NCBI GenBank assembly: GCA_002633005.1
Contig: NMRA01000109.1
Span: 1-50,261 of the forward strand
DNA: 50,261 nt
Source: Phoronis australis
Taxonomy: Eukaryota > Animalia > Phoronida
Reading direction: 5' to 3'
The notes below the pieces were generated by a model. The model worked only from the letters and a program-made list of their open reading frames with translations. It made no database searches and had not been told where the DNA came from. Below, piece by piece: positions 38,963 to 50,261 of the stretch. A program made the translations under genes and the position numbers. Positions within the stretch are counted from its first letter, which is position 1, and the number at the start of each line of letters is the position of its first letter.

Positions 38963-41015
38963 ATTTATTTGTACTTCTAGCTAATATCATTTGTACATGT
39001 TACCTTGCAATGGTTGGTATAGAGGTCAATTTCATGACCAAATGCTCAAAACATTTACACATGTTTAAAAGGTCGCTGGAATTTGTTTTGATTTTTGGAC
39101 TTTCCGAAATCGATTCTTTTAAAAAATGATATAACATCGTTTAGTACGGGAAAGTTAAGTGATAAATGTATTTGTGTTTCCATTTTCTCAAGAGTTGCTG
39201 ATTTTGCAAATCCTCTCCTCCTTTGAAATTTCATGGTGCCTACCAGTTTGTCCAGTTGATGTCCAGACCACCTGACTTTGGCTAGTATTCTACGTACAGT
39301 TGGTGGTAGAGAATAAACATAATCTTCACAAGATTAATCTGGTTTGAAGATACACTAACATGAAAACTTGCTGGAGTTCTGCGCTGAGATCCTCCATTCC
39401 ATAAATCTTTACTTTATTATGACTAAATCAATATTTTCAGGGACATATATCTAAACCTCCCCAAACCTGTATCTGAATAAGGTACATGTATCTTTAGCTG
39501 TACTGGCCCCATTTGTTCGCCATCTTCACAGTTTTTCCGCAGCATCGTGTTAATTTTCTTAGGTGCTCATTTTTATTCATCTGAGGAATTTTGGTTATTA
39601 GTGTCCACGTATATTTCATAGATAAAAAATACCGGTAGAATACCTCTCAAGCCATAATGTCATTTGTTTTAATTAGCACAAAAGCAATCCATTTTTAGAA
39701 ATTATCGTGAACATATTCTGTGTCTTTCGATTATACTGTACCCCATATCTCGGCACAGTACACCAATATTTAAACTACCATATTATCAAATAATTTAAAA
39801 GATACATGTGGGGAACTACATTACACTTCAGTTAAACATGCTCCTAACATGCCCATTGCTTTTCTAGCTTGCAGGGCTAATATTCTGCCATTTTCTTTCC
39901 AATTTAATCTGCAAGAAAATGACACACAATGATACTTGTAATAAAATTTGGTTTCTACCAATTTCTATTGTAAACGAAGCACTTTTCCTGTGATGATGGA
40001 GTCCCACTGCGCTTTAAAACGACAAAACTTGCTTTATCAACATTAACGCAAAATTTCAATTCCCAGAGTAATTACGCAACACATGTGTCCGCATTTGGCA
40101 CAAAGTTGTCAGCAAACACGAATTTACGTCACAATCGTCACAATTGATACCTCGACCTCCATTCTCTTTGATCTCTGCCGCCCGCCCGCTCACAAAACAC
40201 AGAGTAACCTGACCTCAGTTATATTCAGAGCAAAATACTCTGCATTCTTACGCAAAATTTCAATTCGGACCATAAAACAGACTTGTAAGTTACAGACTGC
40301 CAAACACCCTCATAAAATCAACAAAGGCACAATACATTTTGCCACCACGTTTTGATAAATTTCAGTAGACCAAAGTTTGAACAACAAAATTTTATTGACG
40401 ATGGAAAAACCTACCCTGATGTGTTTTTGCTTCATTTTGGCAGCTGACCGAGTACCCCCATTGCCTAAAAGTAGTATCGTCCGATTGTTTAGCACGCGCT
40501 TTGAGCAACAGCGGTGTTGACTTTGAACTAAAAAGAACTATACAATGTATATAACATGTTACACTGTTCAAAGTATTCAATAAGAAGACCTGTCAATTAT
40601 TAGCATGTGTTAGATGCCCAACCAAGTTCAAAGTATTCAGTAAGAAGACCTTTCAATCATTATCACGTGCTTGGTTGCCTAAGTATCCAGCAGGAATCAA
40701 ATATTTACAGTCAAGTGGTTCCCTTAAAAATACACTGGGAACTAGTGGAGTCTTGTTTGATCTGTCTTTTCTATCAAGAAACTTGCCCTACTGAACGCAC
40801 GCTTACCTGTAGGAATACCTCAGTTCTATGAGATGACCAGAAGCTACCTAGGTACGTAAAAACCCAATCACGCTCAGGATCATGACACTACTATATCGTG
40901 TGCGCAGGCCGTCGAAGTCCGTTCCTTCCATCCCCCGACCGATATTATTACTGCTATGCTTAATTCCGACGTCAGTGTAGCTCCGTGACGGTGAAATCGG
41001 TAAGCAACAACTCCC

Positions 41016-41460
41016 GTATTTAGTTATTAATGTATATAAAGCAAACATGTGATCCACCGTACTATGCGCTTTCCTAAACGCAGCTTGAGACATACTAATT
41101 ACGTTTTCTATTTCCGATCATTTTTGAAGTCGATGAACATTTTGGCTGTGACTTGCATGAGGGAAATTCCTCTGAAATTTTCAGGAATTTTGCCACCGCC
41201 CTTAAATATCGGTACCATGATGGATTTTGTCCATTCTTTTGGAAACACCACATTTTCAAAAAAAGTAGTTGAAAAGATGAAACAGCGAATCTACCAACTT
41301 ATATCCGCATACTTTTAGAACCCAATGCTAATTTTATCACATCCTGGTGAAGTTCCATCTTTCATACTACCGATAGTTTGTATAATTTCGTCTTTTATGA
41401 TCTCAGCGTGCAGCTCCATATCAACAAATGCATTACTTGAATTGCTGTCATTTTCAACTG
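41016..41460 (-). pseudogene. LINE ORF2 reverse-transcriptase N-terminal fragment
   Basis: SPG*DKI...FPKEWTKSIMVPIFKGG...NFRGISLMQVTAKMF...QAAFRKAHSTVDHMFAL, the pre-RT and early RT motifs of non-LTR elements, with stops and shifts. Confidence 0.85.
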
Positions 41461-41555
41461 AGTTCTCATGTCGTGTGATAACGATTAGGTTTTTGGCCGA
41501 GCCCTTAGAATATCAATATGGAACTCACAGTATCAGGAATCAAGTTGAAACAGAA

Positions 41556-42567
41556 TAGTCCACATACATTTATGCACGATCTGATGAAAGAGCTTATGGA
41601 AAGTGATATTATAAGAATCACCTGGGCAAAATAAAACGGCCAGTTTAAACATACAGTTGACGGTTTTTAGCAATCCATTTGAAAATCCATGAGCTAAAAG
41701 GGCATATTACAGTAGATATTCAAGAGGTGGGTCTTTGTTAAAGCAGCATTATACAAATCAGTCATCAACACATTATCTGAGATTCCTGACATGATAAGAA
41801 TTGTTTATGATGGTCTTGACGTACTGTATATGTTGCTCCAAAATTATCTACCGTTTATAGAAAAGAATTTAAGTGCAGTATTTTGAAGCTAGAATAAAAT
41901 GTCAGTAATATCCAAGGTACTTTAATGCAAGAGGTGCATATAATACTGACTGGTAGGACTTGCTCATGATATCATGACATGTAGTGACCATGATTTGTAT
42001 GATTTTCACGTTTTTGATAGTCCTAGGTATTCACTTTCTGGTGGGAGAAAATTTGTGCAATTATGTAACACGTTTGGCATTCCCATAGTAAATGGTTAAT
42101 GTGAGAATGACAGCTGTGGTATGCTCAATTCTCAAGGTGATGCAGTTTTTGATTATCAGATTTTTTTCATTCAGGCTGCACACTTGTTTCAGAAATGACA
42201 TTTTATGAAGTTTTCATTTAATCTTCGAGACTTCGTGTATTGGAATCAAAATGGTATGTGGAATGTCAAGTTAATTTTTTGTGAGGTATCCTCATTTAGG
42301 TTTTGAGATTTGGCCTGTTGCAATAATAAAGAAAAATGTGGGCTACGGTATTGTCGCATCCATTTTGGAAAAAAAGACTTAAATATGACTTAGGAACGAG
42401 AAAGTTAATTATTGGCAACTCATGTATTTAATCACTGAACATCAATATAAAAAGTTTCACACTTGTGTATGCTTCACAAGGCGTGAGTAAACGAATAAGA
42501 CATAGAGATCGTACTCAAAGCCTACATGTAACTTCAGCGGAATTTTTATTTTAGATGTATTGGACTA
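41556..42567. mobile_element. Academ-like non-autonomous element
   Basis: Imperfect TIRs TAGTCCACATACAT ... ATGTATTGGACTA. No clear TSD. Confidence 0.4.
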
Positions 42568-43667
42568 ATCAGATAGTCCTAGCAAAGCTTTAGTGAAATA
42601 TGAAGACGCGAGTTCTATCACGCAAATGTAAGCCCGTCACCATTGCGTGGGGGTGTTATTCACAGCTGTTTAAATTAAACGGTGAATCTCGCAGTGACGT
42701 AGACAAAAGCAAGCCAACACGCCAAACATTTCGTTTCATTTGGCAATTTATGGCACTTGTGGGCTCAGGGCGATGCTATTACCATACTGTAGGAGCCAAA
42801 ATATACAGGTGCAAGGGTTGAAGATGAGCTTTAATCCTTAGACATACTCAACACTTAACTAACATCAGACTGAGTCAAATCACTGTTAAAAGGAAGGATT
42901 GCCCAATTCCATTGACTACCATCAAGGAAACACGGGAAAACACGTTTTATCTTCAGTAAACATTGTATGCAATTCTCACAAAGCACAGATATCATAAATG
43001 TAGAACACAAAATATGCAGATACCTGTTTATAAGTGGATGAATACTTGAGCAATGCAACATAGTTCATTTACTTGTTAATTCAAACACTTCTGAATGATT
43101 AAAGAACATTCCATTTTTATTAATAATGTGTTTAACCCTAAAAAGTAATTTGAGCTAAGCTTGCCTCAAATCCCACCATCAATAAAAATGTATTTTTTCT
43201 TGTGCTTGAGAGTTTATTCGTGTCCATTTCCTCAGTAAATGCACCTAGATACATTTTTTCAAACCATGTTCTAAAAATTTAAATTTGGGGCTACAGAGAA
43301 TACAGGGGCTACGGAGAATACGAAAGACATTTTTGCTTATGGTCACGGCATTTTCTCACTCAGGATGCAAATCTAGATTTTTTATGTTATGCAATCATAC
43401 TGACATAATTCCTTCATCTCTGGCAGATATTTATATGATGATCTTGTTTTAGCAACGGTACTTATGTCACTTAAGCATTTTAAAATACGAAAAAATGTTA
43501 GTTATGGCCAAAGTAATCCTTAATGTAGCTGAAAATATCCATCGTTATTTTGTTTCACTAAAACATTGCATGTTTTTAATACATATGGCATTTGATTAAA
43601 TCACACAATTAATTGAAATTTAATGTTTTTTCATGATCTTAACATGTATTTCTTGTTTTTCTTTCAG

Positions 43668-43720
43668 ATTCCATTTGGCAGTTCGGAAAGCGAATTTCTG
43701 ATGGGCAAAATCCTGGCTAA
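43668..43720 (+). CDS. Candidate terminal exon of the WSC gene
   Basis: Strong acceptor tttcttgtttttctttcag. A phase-1 join gives N-SIWQFGKRISDGQNPG*. Linkage to the WSC exon is inferred only. Confidence 0.3.
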
Positions 43721-43835
43721 TACTCTGCCTTGGCCCCCTAACTCAAAGTCCTGGATCTGCCCCTATAACCCCCTTTGGCTGCAAAGAAAAGTAAAATGAC
43801 ACCGAAATATAGGAGTGCATTTACTATGTTGTGGG

Positions 43836-43844
43836 TAATAATAG

Positions 43845-43876
<32 letters not shown>

Positions 43877-43895
43877 TTGATAATGATAATAATTA
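43836..43895. repeat. (AAT)n/(GATAAT)n microsatellite
   Basis: Visible runs. Confidence 0.9.
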
Positions 43896-44049
43896 TTTAT
43901 AGATGATAAAAAACATGTTAAGTGTAAAACTTATTTACCACATGGTCCTCGAGAGCAAGTACTTTAATTAGTGTATTTGTGTTGGACAAAGATAATAAAA
44001 CATGAAAAATATCTCGTCATGATATCCTAGATCTGCCACAACGCATTTC

Positions 44050-44536
44050 TGGCAAATGTTAAACTGATGAAATTTTCTTTTAGGCCTGTATCCTGAAGCA
44101 ATATTTCCCCAAGGCTGCTGCTTACGTTTACTTGATTTGGCACCAATTTTCTTGTTCTCGACTATGTCATTGGCTCTTAATTTAATCAGGTATGGGAGGG
44201 AACATTTTTCCTCTTGAGAAAAGCGTTTAGCATATTTCCAAAAATGTCTGCCCTGAATCTACTGCTATGTACCATTTTGTACCCACGAGATCAAGGTTTT
44301 ATTGAAGCACTTCAATAGTTTCTTTGTTGGGCTAATCCGGATAAATACTGTAGGGTGGATTGGATACTTTAAACCTGGTTTTACTAAACCTGCTTTATGT
44401 TTAACTAAACCTTACTTTCAAACTTTTAAACTATGTTGGTGAAATTCAAGTTAAGTCTAAAATTAAACCACGTTTAGGAAGACTAGGTTTAAATCTTAAA
44501 CCTGGTTATGTTAAACCACCTTTATGAAATCGGCGG
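44050..44536 (-). mobile_element. PIF/Harbinger-like right end with Myb/SANT-like gene remnant
   Basis: Minus frame from 44237: KRFSQEEKCSLPYLIKLRANDIVENKKIGAKSSKRKQQPWGNIA, the Myb_DNA-bind_5/MSANTD pattern. TIR TTAAACCACCTTTATGAAATCGG at 44511-44533. Confidence 0.75.
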
Positions 44537-44759
44537 AGTGTGTCTCAATGACATCTTCATCATATTCGTATAAATGACACACAGCAGTACAATCCGTACA
44601 GAAATTTTATTAACAGGCCTACAAGTTTTTTTTTTCGTGAACAAAAGATTCCCTCCAAGAATTGGTCAGTGAAAACCCTTTGTTTCAGACCAGAAAGAAA
44701 ATCCCATCAATGAACGGTGAAGGACACAGTGGCAGATCTAGAATATTACGAGAGGACAT

Positions 44760-45400
44760 TTTTCATTTTGTGCCCAGCACACATAAAGGTACGAGTCCAC
44801 GATTAGCCGCAACTTATTAAATGCCCAAATTGATTTCCATGACGTTTTACTCTTTGTTGTTTTCGTCCAATGGCAACCCAGCGTGTCCAGCAACCTTATA
44901 TCTGGGACCAATTGAGGTGAAACTCGGTTAGAAGGATATGAACATGCTGTCTTCAATCCCGGCCGTAGCGCTTGGGAAGATGACGACGCCTTTCTTGACC
45001 AGTCGTATTCTAAAGAGGAGGACTGTCTGCAAAACGTACTGGTCTGCGTTTAATCGTGTGCCGTCATATACTTCAAAACTGAAATAGCTAGCGTACTTGA
45101 AATCACTCTCGGCATGAAGTCATGCATCAAAAAAAATAGAAGTGAAACGGAAGCTAGTGTCAATGATAAAACTACTAGAAGATCGCAAAAACCTTCTGGA
45201 AACCTGAGTATCGAGGAAGCTTTTCTAAGAAACCGCGTCCTCCCCAAAGCAATATGTTTTATTTTGAATTTATTCAACCTCAGTAGCACGGCAACACGTC
45301 GTTTCGTCCACTGTATAAACTCCCTCTAAGACCACGCTTCTTCGACCCAGGCTTTCACTTCAAACTTGTCGGAAATCTCGGCAAATCCTCTGTCGGTCGA
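44760..45400 (+). pseudogene. Decayed ORF of unknown family (about 210 codons, few stops)
   Basis: A single frame includes ORF 45114..45329. A paralog at 14530-14730 differs by synonymous changes. Confidence 0.55.
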
Positions 45401-45430
45401 CTAATTTGCAATTTGTGTATGCGTTTTCTC

Positions 45431-46085
45431 AAGATTGGAAAGGACGGTTAACCAAACCTATGGAAATCATTGTTGTCGTTCATGCAATATGCTTTTTTGA
45501 AGTTGGGTGGGCGGATGCATCTTTCTGCTGCATCTGTGGCAGATTGTCACCCACCTTTACAGTTCAACATATCATGTAACTTTTGTAATTACCGATATCT
45601 GTAGTAGTTTAGTTTGTCATAATATATATGACCTTTTATCTCATCTACACGTGTTGTTTCACTGTAAACTAGCTTCGGTATCGCTTCGCAGTTAGCGCAT
45701 ATAAAAGCAATTAAGGTATGTCATTGTGAATCCTGTTTCTAGGCAAACAAGTGTCCCAGTTGTTTTATTATTATGCCTTTTTGTGGCAGATATTTGTGTG
45801 ATGATGTCAGAATATAGTCTGATAGTATTATTAGTTGTATTGTTTTGTTTTGTTATTCAGTTTGGTTTGTCAAGATTGGAAAGGATGGTTAACCAGACCA
45901 TTGGAAATCATTGTTATCGTTCGTACAATATGCTTTTTTGAAGTTGACATGAAAAAAAACAATTAACAATTAAGGTATGTCATTGTGAACCCTGTTTCTA
46001 GCCAAACAAGTGTCCCAGTTGACTGTTCAAAAAAGGGGGTTTGGTCCAGTCTGGGGACATATTGTTTTATTATTACGCCTTTGTG
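45431..46085. repeat. Local duplications of two ~60-80-bp blocks
   Basis: CAAGATTGGAAAGGA...GAAGTTG at ~45431 and ~45871; CAATTAAGGTATGTC...CCCAGTTG at ~45708 and ~45968. Confidence 0.75.
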
Positions 46086-46797
46086 TGTTGCCTAGCCGAG
46101 TCTGTATGAACTTTCAATGCGCCAACTCATTCATGTTTAGCTGCATATTGCTGTCATCTCTGTCTAGGCTACTGCATACCTTAAACAGCCTTGCAACATC
46201 TTTTGGGAGTTTGACAAACATATTCTTACAACGTGACAACTTACATGTATTTAGGATTAGACAACTGCATCGCCACTTAATGACAATTTGGTTTTCATCT
46301 TCACTTCTGCAACTTTTGGACTTCTTTGATCATGAAATTTAAGAAATAGTTTTATATTCCATAGACGACGACACGTGCCCATATAAGTGCATACATGTAC
46401 ACGGCGTATACTTATAACGTCACCTACATGTAGAAACCTTGCGCTTGTTGTGCAGCTGTGGGATCATTTCAATGCTCTGTGCTTTGACCTTGTTTATTTT
46501 ATTGTGTTTTTGACGCCTGCTTATCTTCCTCCTAAATCATTTGAAAGACCATTATATAAAATTTGGTCCCATTGTAGCCAGACCACTGCTCTCCATACAT
46601 CAGTTTCTCTCTTTTAGGATATTGAATTCACGATTGTATATGGGGTATGCTATAAATGTTCGAACTGGTACTGGCAATAAAGTCACTTGGTGCAGACTGT
46701 TTTAGGCATTTTAAATTGGATGCTGTGTGATGATATTAAATAATGACCTCTAGAACAACATACTTTCACGTAATGTTAATTGTGAATCGTAAACATA

Positions 46798-47697
46798 TGT
46801 CAGGCGATTGTCTGTGTGGGTTTGTTTAAAAGGTAGCTATGCTTTGAAGTTGTGCGTAGATGGAGAGTGAATAATCAAATCCAGTAATTAATTTATTATA
46901 TGATAACCCCTAATTAGACAAATGAAACCTATTGTTAAATACGTAATCAACTACAAAGAGAAACTACGCTAGCGCCCTCTTTAAAGATTACTTTAATCAA
47001 ACAACCAAACGATCAAATGTCTTATCTGCTATCCAAGCTAGGACTCTCCAGTTGTTGGATGTCTGTCCTGTTGGTGAATCTTCGAACTACATACACACTG
47101 TATAGCGACAGTGTACTTGCTGGTCACCGTCTCTGGTGATGCAACACTTGCAGGCAATTTCTTCTACCCGCGAATCTTCTTGCTGGTCACAGTCTCTGAC
47201 TGATGACGCAACACTTCAGGTAGTATCTTACTACCCACACTGCAAGTGACAAGCTCTTAGTTAACTTCCGGTTCGTTAACCCTTGTCCTTGCCAAGATCC
47301 TTTCTAGAATCTTACACCAGATGGCTCTGTCGTACAACTGCTTCTGTACACTGTAGCAAGTCCTTATGCTTCAACTACTATAGCGCATCTGATTATCTTG
47401 CTGATTTCAGCCCATAATATAACATTCTACTTATTTAGTGATTGGGTAATAAAAACCACATGATCATATCCACTCGTATTATTGGCTGTTACAATTTGTT
47501 CTCAGAATATTCTAGAATCTCTAGAGTACTTTGACCCCAGAACCCAAAGTTGTAAACGCCATCTAAAAATAGATTTTGACGTTAAAATACATGTCAACAA
47601 GTCTGACCCCATGATTTAAAAGTACATATGCACAAATTTTGGGTAACTTAAAATGGATCTATTCTTACTAATTACTTAATCAATATTTATTCTGACA
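46798..47697 (-). mobile_element. 3' LTR (900 bp) of the Gmr1-type element
   Basis: Termini TGTCAG...CTGACA. Preceded on the minus strand by PPT GAGGAGGGG (47704-47712). Minus-strand AATAAA near 46893. Internal ~40-bp direct repeat at ~47116 and ~47179. Confidence 0.85.
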
Positions 47698-47801
47698 AAT
47701 AAGCCCCTCCTCAAGAAAATACTTCTTAAGATTTTCTCAACATGGAAGACTTAAATATTGATTAATACTTAGATCTATTACCCAATTTCCATGAATCTTC
47801 A

Positions 47802-50261
47802 TTACTCTAACCTACTCAGGTAATCGGCACCAACATTCTCTGACCCTTCGACAGCTTCAACCTTAAATCGGTAATTTTGCAAAAACATGGCCCACCTCAT
47901 GATGCGTCCATTGACTAACTTACTTTTTTGAATGTAAGCCAGGGGTTGATGGTCAGTATGAATGATAAATTCTTTACCATACAAGTACTTCGCAAATTTT
48001 CTAATGGCAAATACAATAGCCAAACATTCCCTCTCTATGACAGAGTAATTCCGTTCCCGAGGTAACAATTTCTTACTCGCACATGCTATTGGGAACCTGC
48101 CATCATCATACTCCTGCAACAAAATACAGCCTATACCAGTATCTGACGCATCAGTCTGAACAATAAAAGGTTTACTGAAATCAGGTAATCTCAGTGTGGG
48201 TGCTCTCGTCAGCAGGTCTCGAAGAGTGTCGAATGCATGCTGCTGAGTTTCTTCCCATTGCACGGTGTTAGGCTGTTTCTTCTTTGTGAGCTCAGTAAGT
48301 GGGACGGCGATTTCAGCGAAGTTTGGGATGAAGTTCCTGTAGTAGCCAGCCAACCCAAGAAAAAAACGAACTTGTTTCTCCGTTTTGGGTCGTGGTGCAT
48401 CTCGGATGCGTCCCAGCTTTTCTTCATCCATTGCCAGGTGCCCTTCACCGACCACATGTCCAACGAAATCGACGGAACGAGATCCAACCGAACACTTGGT
48501 GGGTCGAATTGTTAGTCCAGCTTCTCGCACACGTTGGAAGGTGTCTCGCAAGGTGGCAAGGTGTTCAGTCCAGGTCTTATTATGGCACAGAATGTCATCC
48601 ACATAATGTTCTGTATTATATGCTCCTGCCAACATCTTCCTCATCATCCGGTTGAAGGTCGCTGCCGAATTTACCAGACCAAATGGCATCTTTACGAACT
48701 TGTAGCAACCACCTGGTACTACGAACGAGGTCTTAGGCCGTGATTCTTCAGCGACAATGACTTGCCAGTATCCTTTACTCAGATCAATCTTTGTAAAATA
48801 CTGGTCTTTACTGATCTTAGCCATGATGTCATCAGGATTGCCCATCGGTTCCGAGTCGAACTTGGTGATGGCGTTCAAACGACGAAAATCGATGCAGAAA
48901 CGATTTGAACCGTCCTTCTTCTCCACTAAGACCACCGGAGAGTTATAGGGAGCATCAGATGGTTCTATGACTCCACACTTTAACATGTTGTCAACTTCCT
49001 CCTGCACAACCGACCGTGTGGCATATGGCAGGGGATACGGATTGACTCTCACCGGCTCTTCACTGATGGTCTCAATCTTGTGCTCAACCAGATGGGTCGT
49101 ACCTGGTACTTCACTAAAGATGTCAGAGTACTCTTCTAGCAGACTTATCACCTCCCTTTGTTGGCTAGTAGTGAGCTCGTCTGATATCTTGACATCTTTG
49201 TACGTTTCTTTTTGGTTTGTCGATCCCAGCTCTAGTAGATGTTCATCATCGGCAACACCAACTTCATTGTCCATTTCAGGCTGCAGTACAGCTATGGCCG
49301 CGATGTCAGAATTCTGATCTGCATCATCTTTACTTGCAGCCGCACTTTGGTCACGAGATATATAGAGTTTCAAGAGGTTGGCATGGTATGTCTTGGTCTT
49401 TCCACCAACCCTTACTCGATAATCCATTTTGTTGAGTACCTCGCTCACTTCATAGGGACCCCTCCACTGCAGTAGCAGCTTGTTACTGTCAGTTGGTAAA
49501 AATATTAAGACTTGGTCTCCTACTTTGAAGCGACGATCTCGTGTCTTTTTGTCATAATGGTGCTTGTATGCTTCTCCAGCATTTCGTAAGTTTTCCCGCA
49601 CCAGTTCACATGTCTCTTCCAGACGATGTCGCAAGTCAAGGACATACTCATAAGTATTCCGTACGTCTGATATTACATTGCCAGTCCACAACTCTTTAAG
49701 CACCTGCATGGGCCCTCGCACGGTTCTACCATACAACAGTTCAAATGGCGAGAAACCTGTGCTAACTTGTGGTACCTCTCGGTAGACGAACAGTACTGCT
49801 GGTAAGTACCGGTGCCAGTCTTGTGGACGCTCTTGGCACATTTTCTTAAGCATACTCTTCAGTATACCGTTAATACGCTCACACAATCCATTGCATTTCG
49901 GATTGTACGGAGTGGTGAACAGTTGCTTCATGGATATCAACCGTGCAACTTCCTTCAGAACTTCTGAGGTAAACTGTGTCCCACAGTCACTAAGCACCTC
50001 TCGTGGAAAGCCAATTCTACAGAAGGTTTCAAATAGTGCTTCTGCGACTCGCTCAGCTTCTATTCTTGGTAGAGGGACTGCCTCTGGATATCGTGTGGCA
50101 TAGTCTACGATGGTGAGAATGTACCGGTTGCCTCTGTCTGTGATCGGCGACACAGGACCAATCAAATCAACAGCGATACGCTGGAACGGTTCTTCCATAA
50201 GTGGCATCTCACCCAATGGCACTTTAGAGATCCTGCCCTTAGGAGTTGTTCGCTGGCAGAT
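47802..50261 (-). CDS. pol: Gmr1-clade Ty3/Gypsy pol (integrase, RT, RNase H), open to the window edge
   Basis: Uninterrupted frame: end of zinc finger (ICQR), DDE core (AVDLIGP, SDCGTQF, NGLCER), GPY module (QWRGPYEV), RT (RFCIDFRRLN, IDLSKGYWQ, MPFGL, YVDD), RNase H (TDASD, ERECLA, TDHQPL, ADYLSR). Confidence 0.95.
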   Translation of the reverse strand: MCQRTTPKGRISKVPLGEMPLMEEPFQRIAVDLIGPVSPITDRGNRYILTIVDYATRYPEAVPLPRIEAERVAEALFETFCRIGFPREVLSDCGTQFTSEVLKEVARLISMKQLFTTPYNPKCNGLCERINGILKSMLKKMCQERPQDWHRYLPAVLFVYREVPQVSTGFSPFELLYGRTVRGPMQVLKELWTGNVISDVRNTYEYVLDLRHRLEETCELVRENLRNAGEAYKHHYDKKTRDRRFKVGDQVLIFLPTDSNKLLLQWRGPYEVSEVLNKMDYRVRVGGKTKTYHANLLKLYISRDQSAAASKDDADQNSDIAAIAVLQPEMDNEVGVADDEHLLELGSTNQKETYKDVKISDELTTSQQREVISLLEEYSDIFSEVPGTTHLVEHKIETISEEPVRVNPYPLPYATRSVVQEEVDNMLKCGVIEPSDAPYNSPVVLVEKKDGSNRFCIDFRRLNAITKFDSEPMGNPDDIMAKISKDQYFTKIDLSKGYWQVIVAEESRPKTSFVVPGGCYKFVKMPFGLVNSAATFNRMMRKMLAGAYNTEHYVDDILCHNKTWTEHLATLRDTFQRVREAGLTIRPTKCSVGSRSVDFVGHVVGEGHLAMDEEKLGRIRDAPRPKTEKQVRFFLGLAGYYRNFIPNFAEIAVPLTELTKKKQPNTVQWEETQQHAFDTLRDLLTRAPTLRLPDFSKPFIVQTDASDTGIGCILLQEYDDGRFPIACASKKLLPRERNYSVIERECLAIVFAIRKFAKYLYGKEFIIHTDHQPLAYIQKSKLVNGRIMRWAMFLQNYRFKVEAVEGSENVGADYLSRLE

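Noticed and set aside
2816-44536. A single 41.7-kb Harbinger element defined by the inverted termini at 2816 and 44536
   Set aside because: The right flank (AGTGTGTC) does not match the empty-site continuation (ATGTTC at 1784). The left end sits on a small n-bounded contig. These are more likely two independent copies.
48209-50103. Short overlapping or antisense ORFs within pol
   Set aside because: They are shadow frames of the Gmr1 pol gene.

Overview
This is eukaryotic, AT-rich, repeat-dominated DNA from a draft animal assembly with N-gaps and uncollapsed haplotype duplications; the repeat families and domains suggest a marine invertebrate. There is no CRISPR array or prokaryotic operon. 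Host coding sequence is limited to plus-strand exons the ORF track misses: a kringle exon with an in-frame TGA (assembled twice) and a secreted WSC-domain gene, a Kremen-like domain set. Mobile DNA includes a decayed LINE ORF1 next to a Gypsy gag/LTR remnant, PIF/Harbinger ends (transposase start and Myb/SANT remnant), a decayed GalEa-like Ty1/copia element, and an intact Gmr1-type Gypsy pol (INT before RT-RH) with a 900-bp LTR. There are also a Helentron-like satellite carrier and many MITEs. The most unusual signals are: (1) co-oriented CTCF-like motifs, one per satellite monomer; (2) multi-copy decayed intronless reading frames of no family I recognise; (3) TA vs TACATGTA indels that match Tc1/mariner excision footprints; (4) inverted MITEs flanking the stop-containing symmetric kringle exon. 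All family assignments come from reading motifs by eye; no searches were run.
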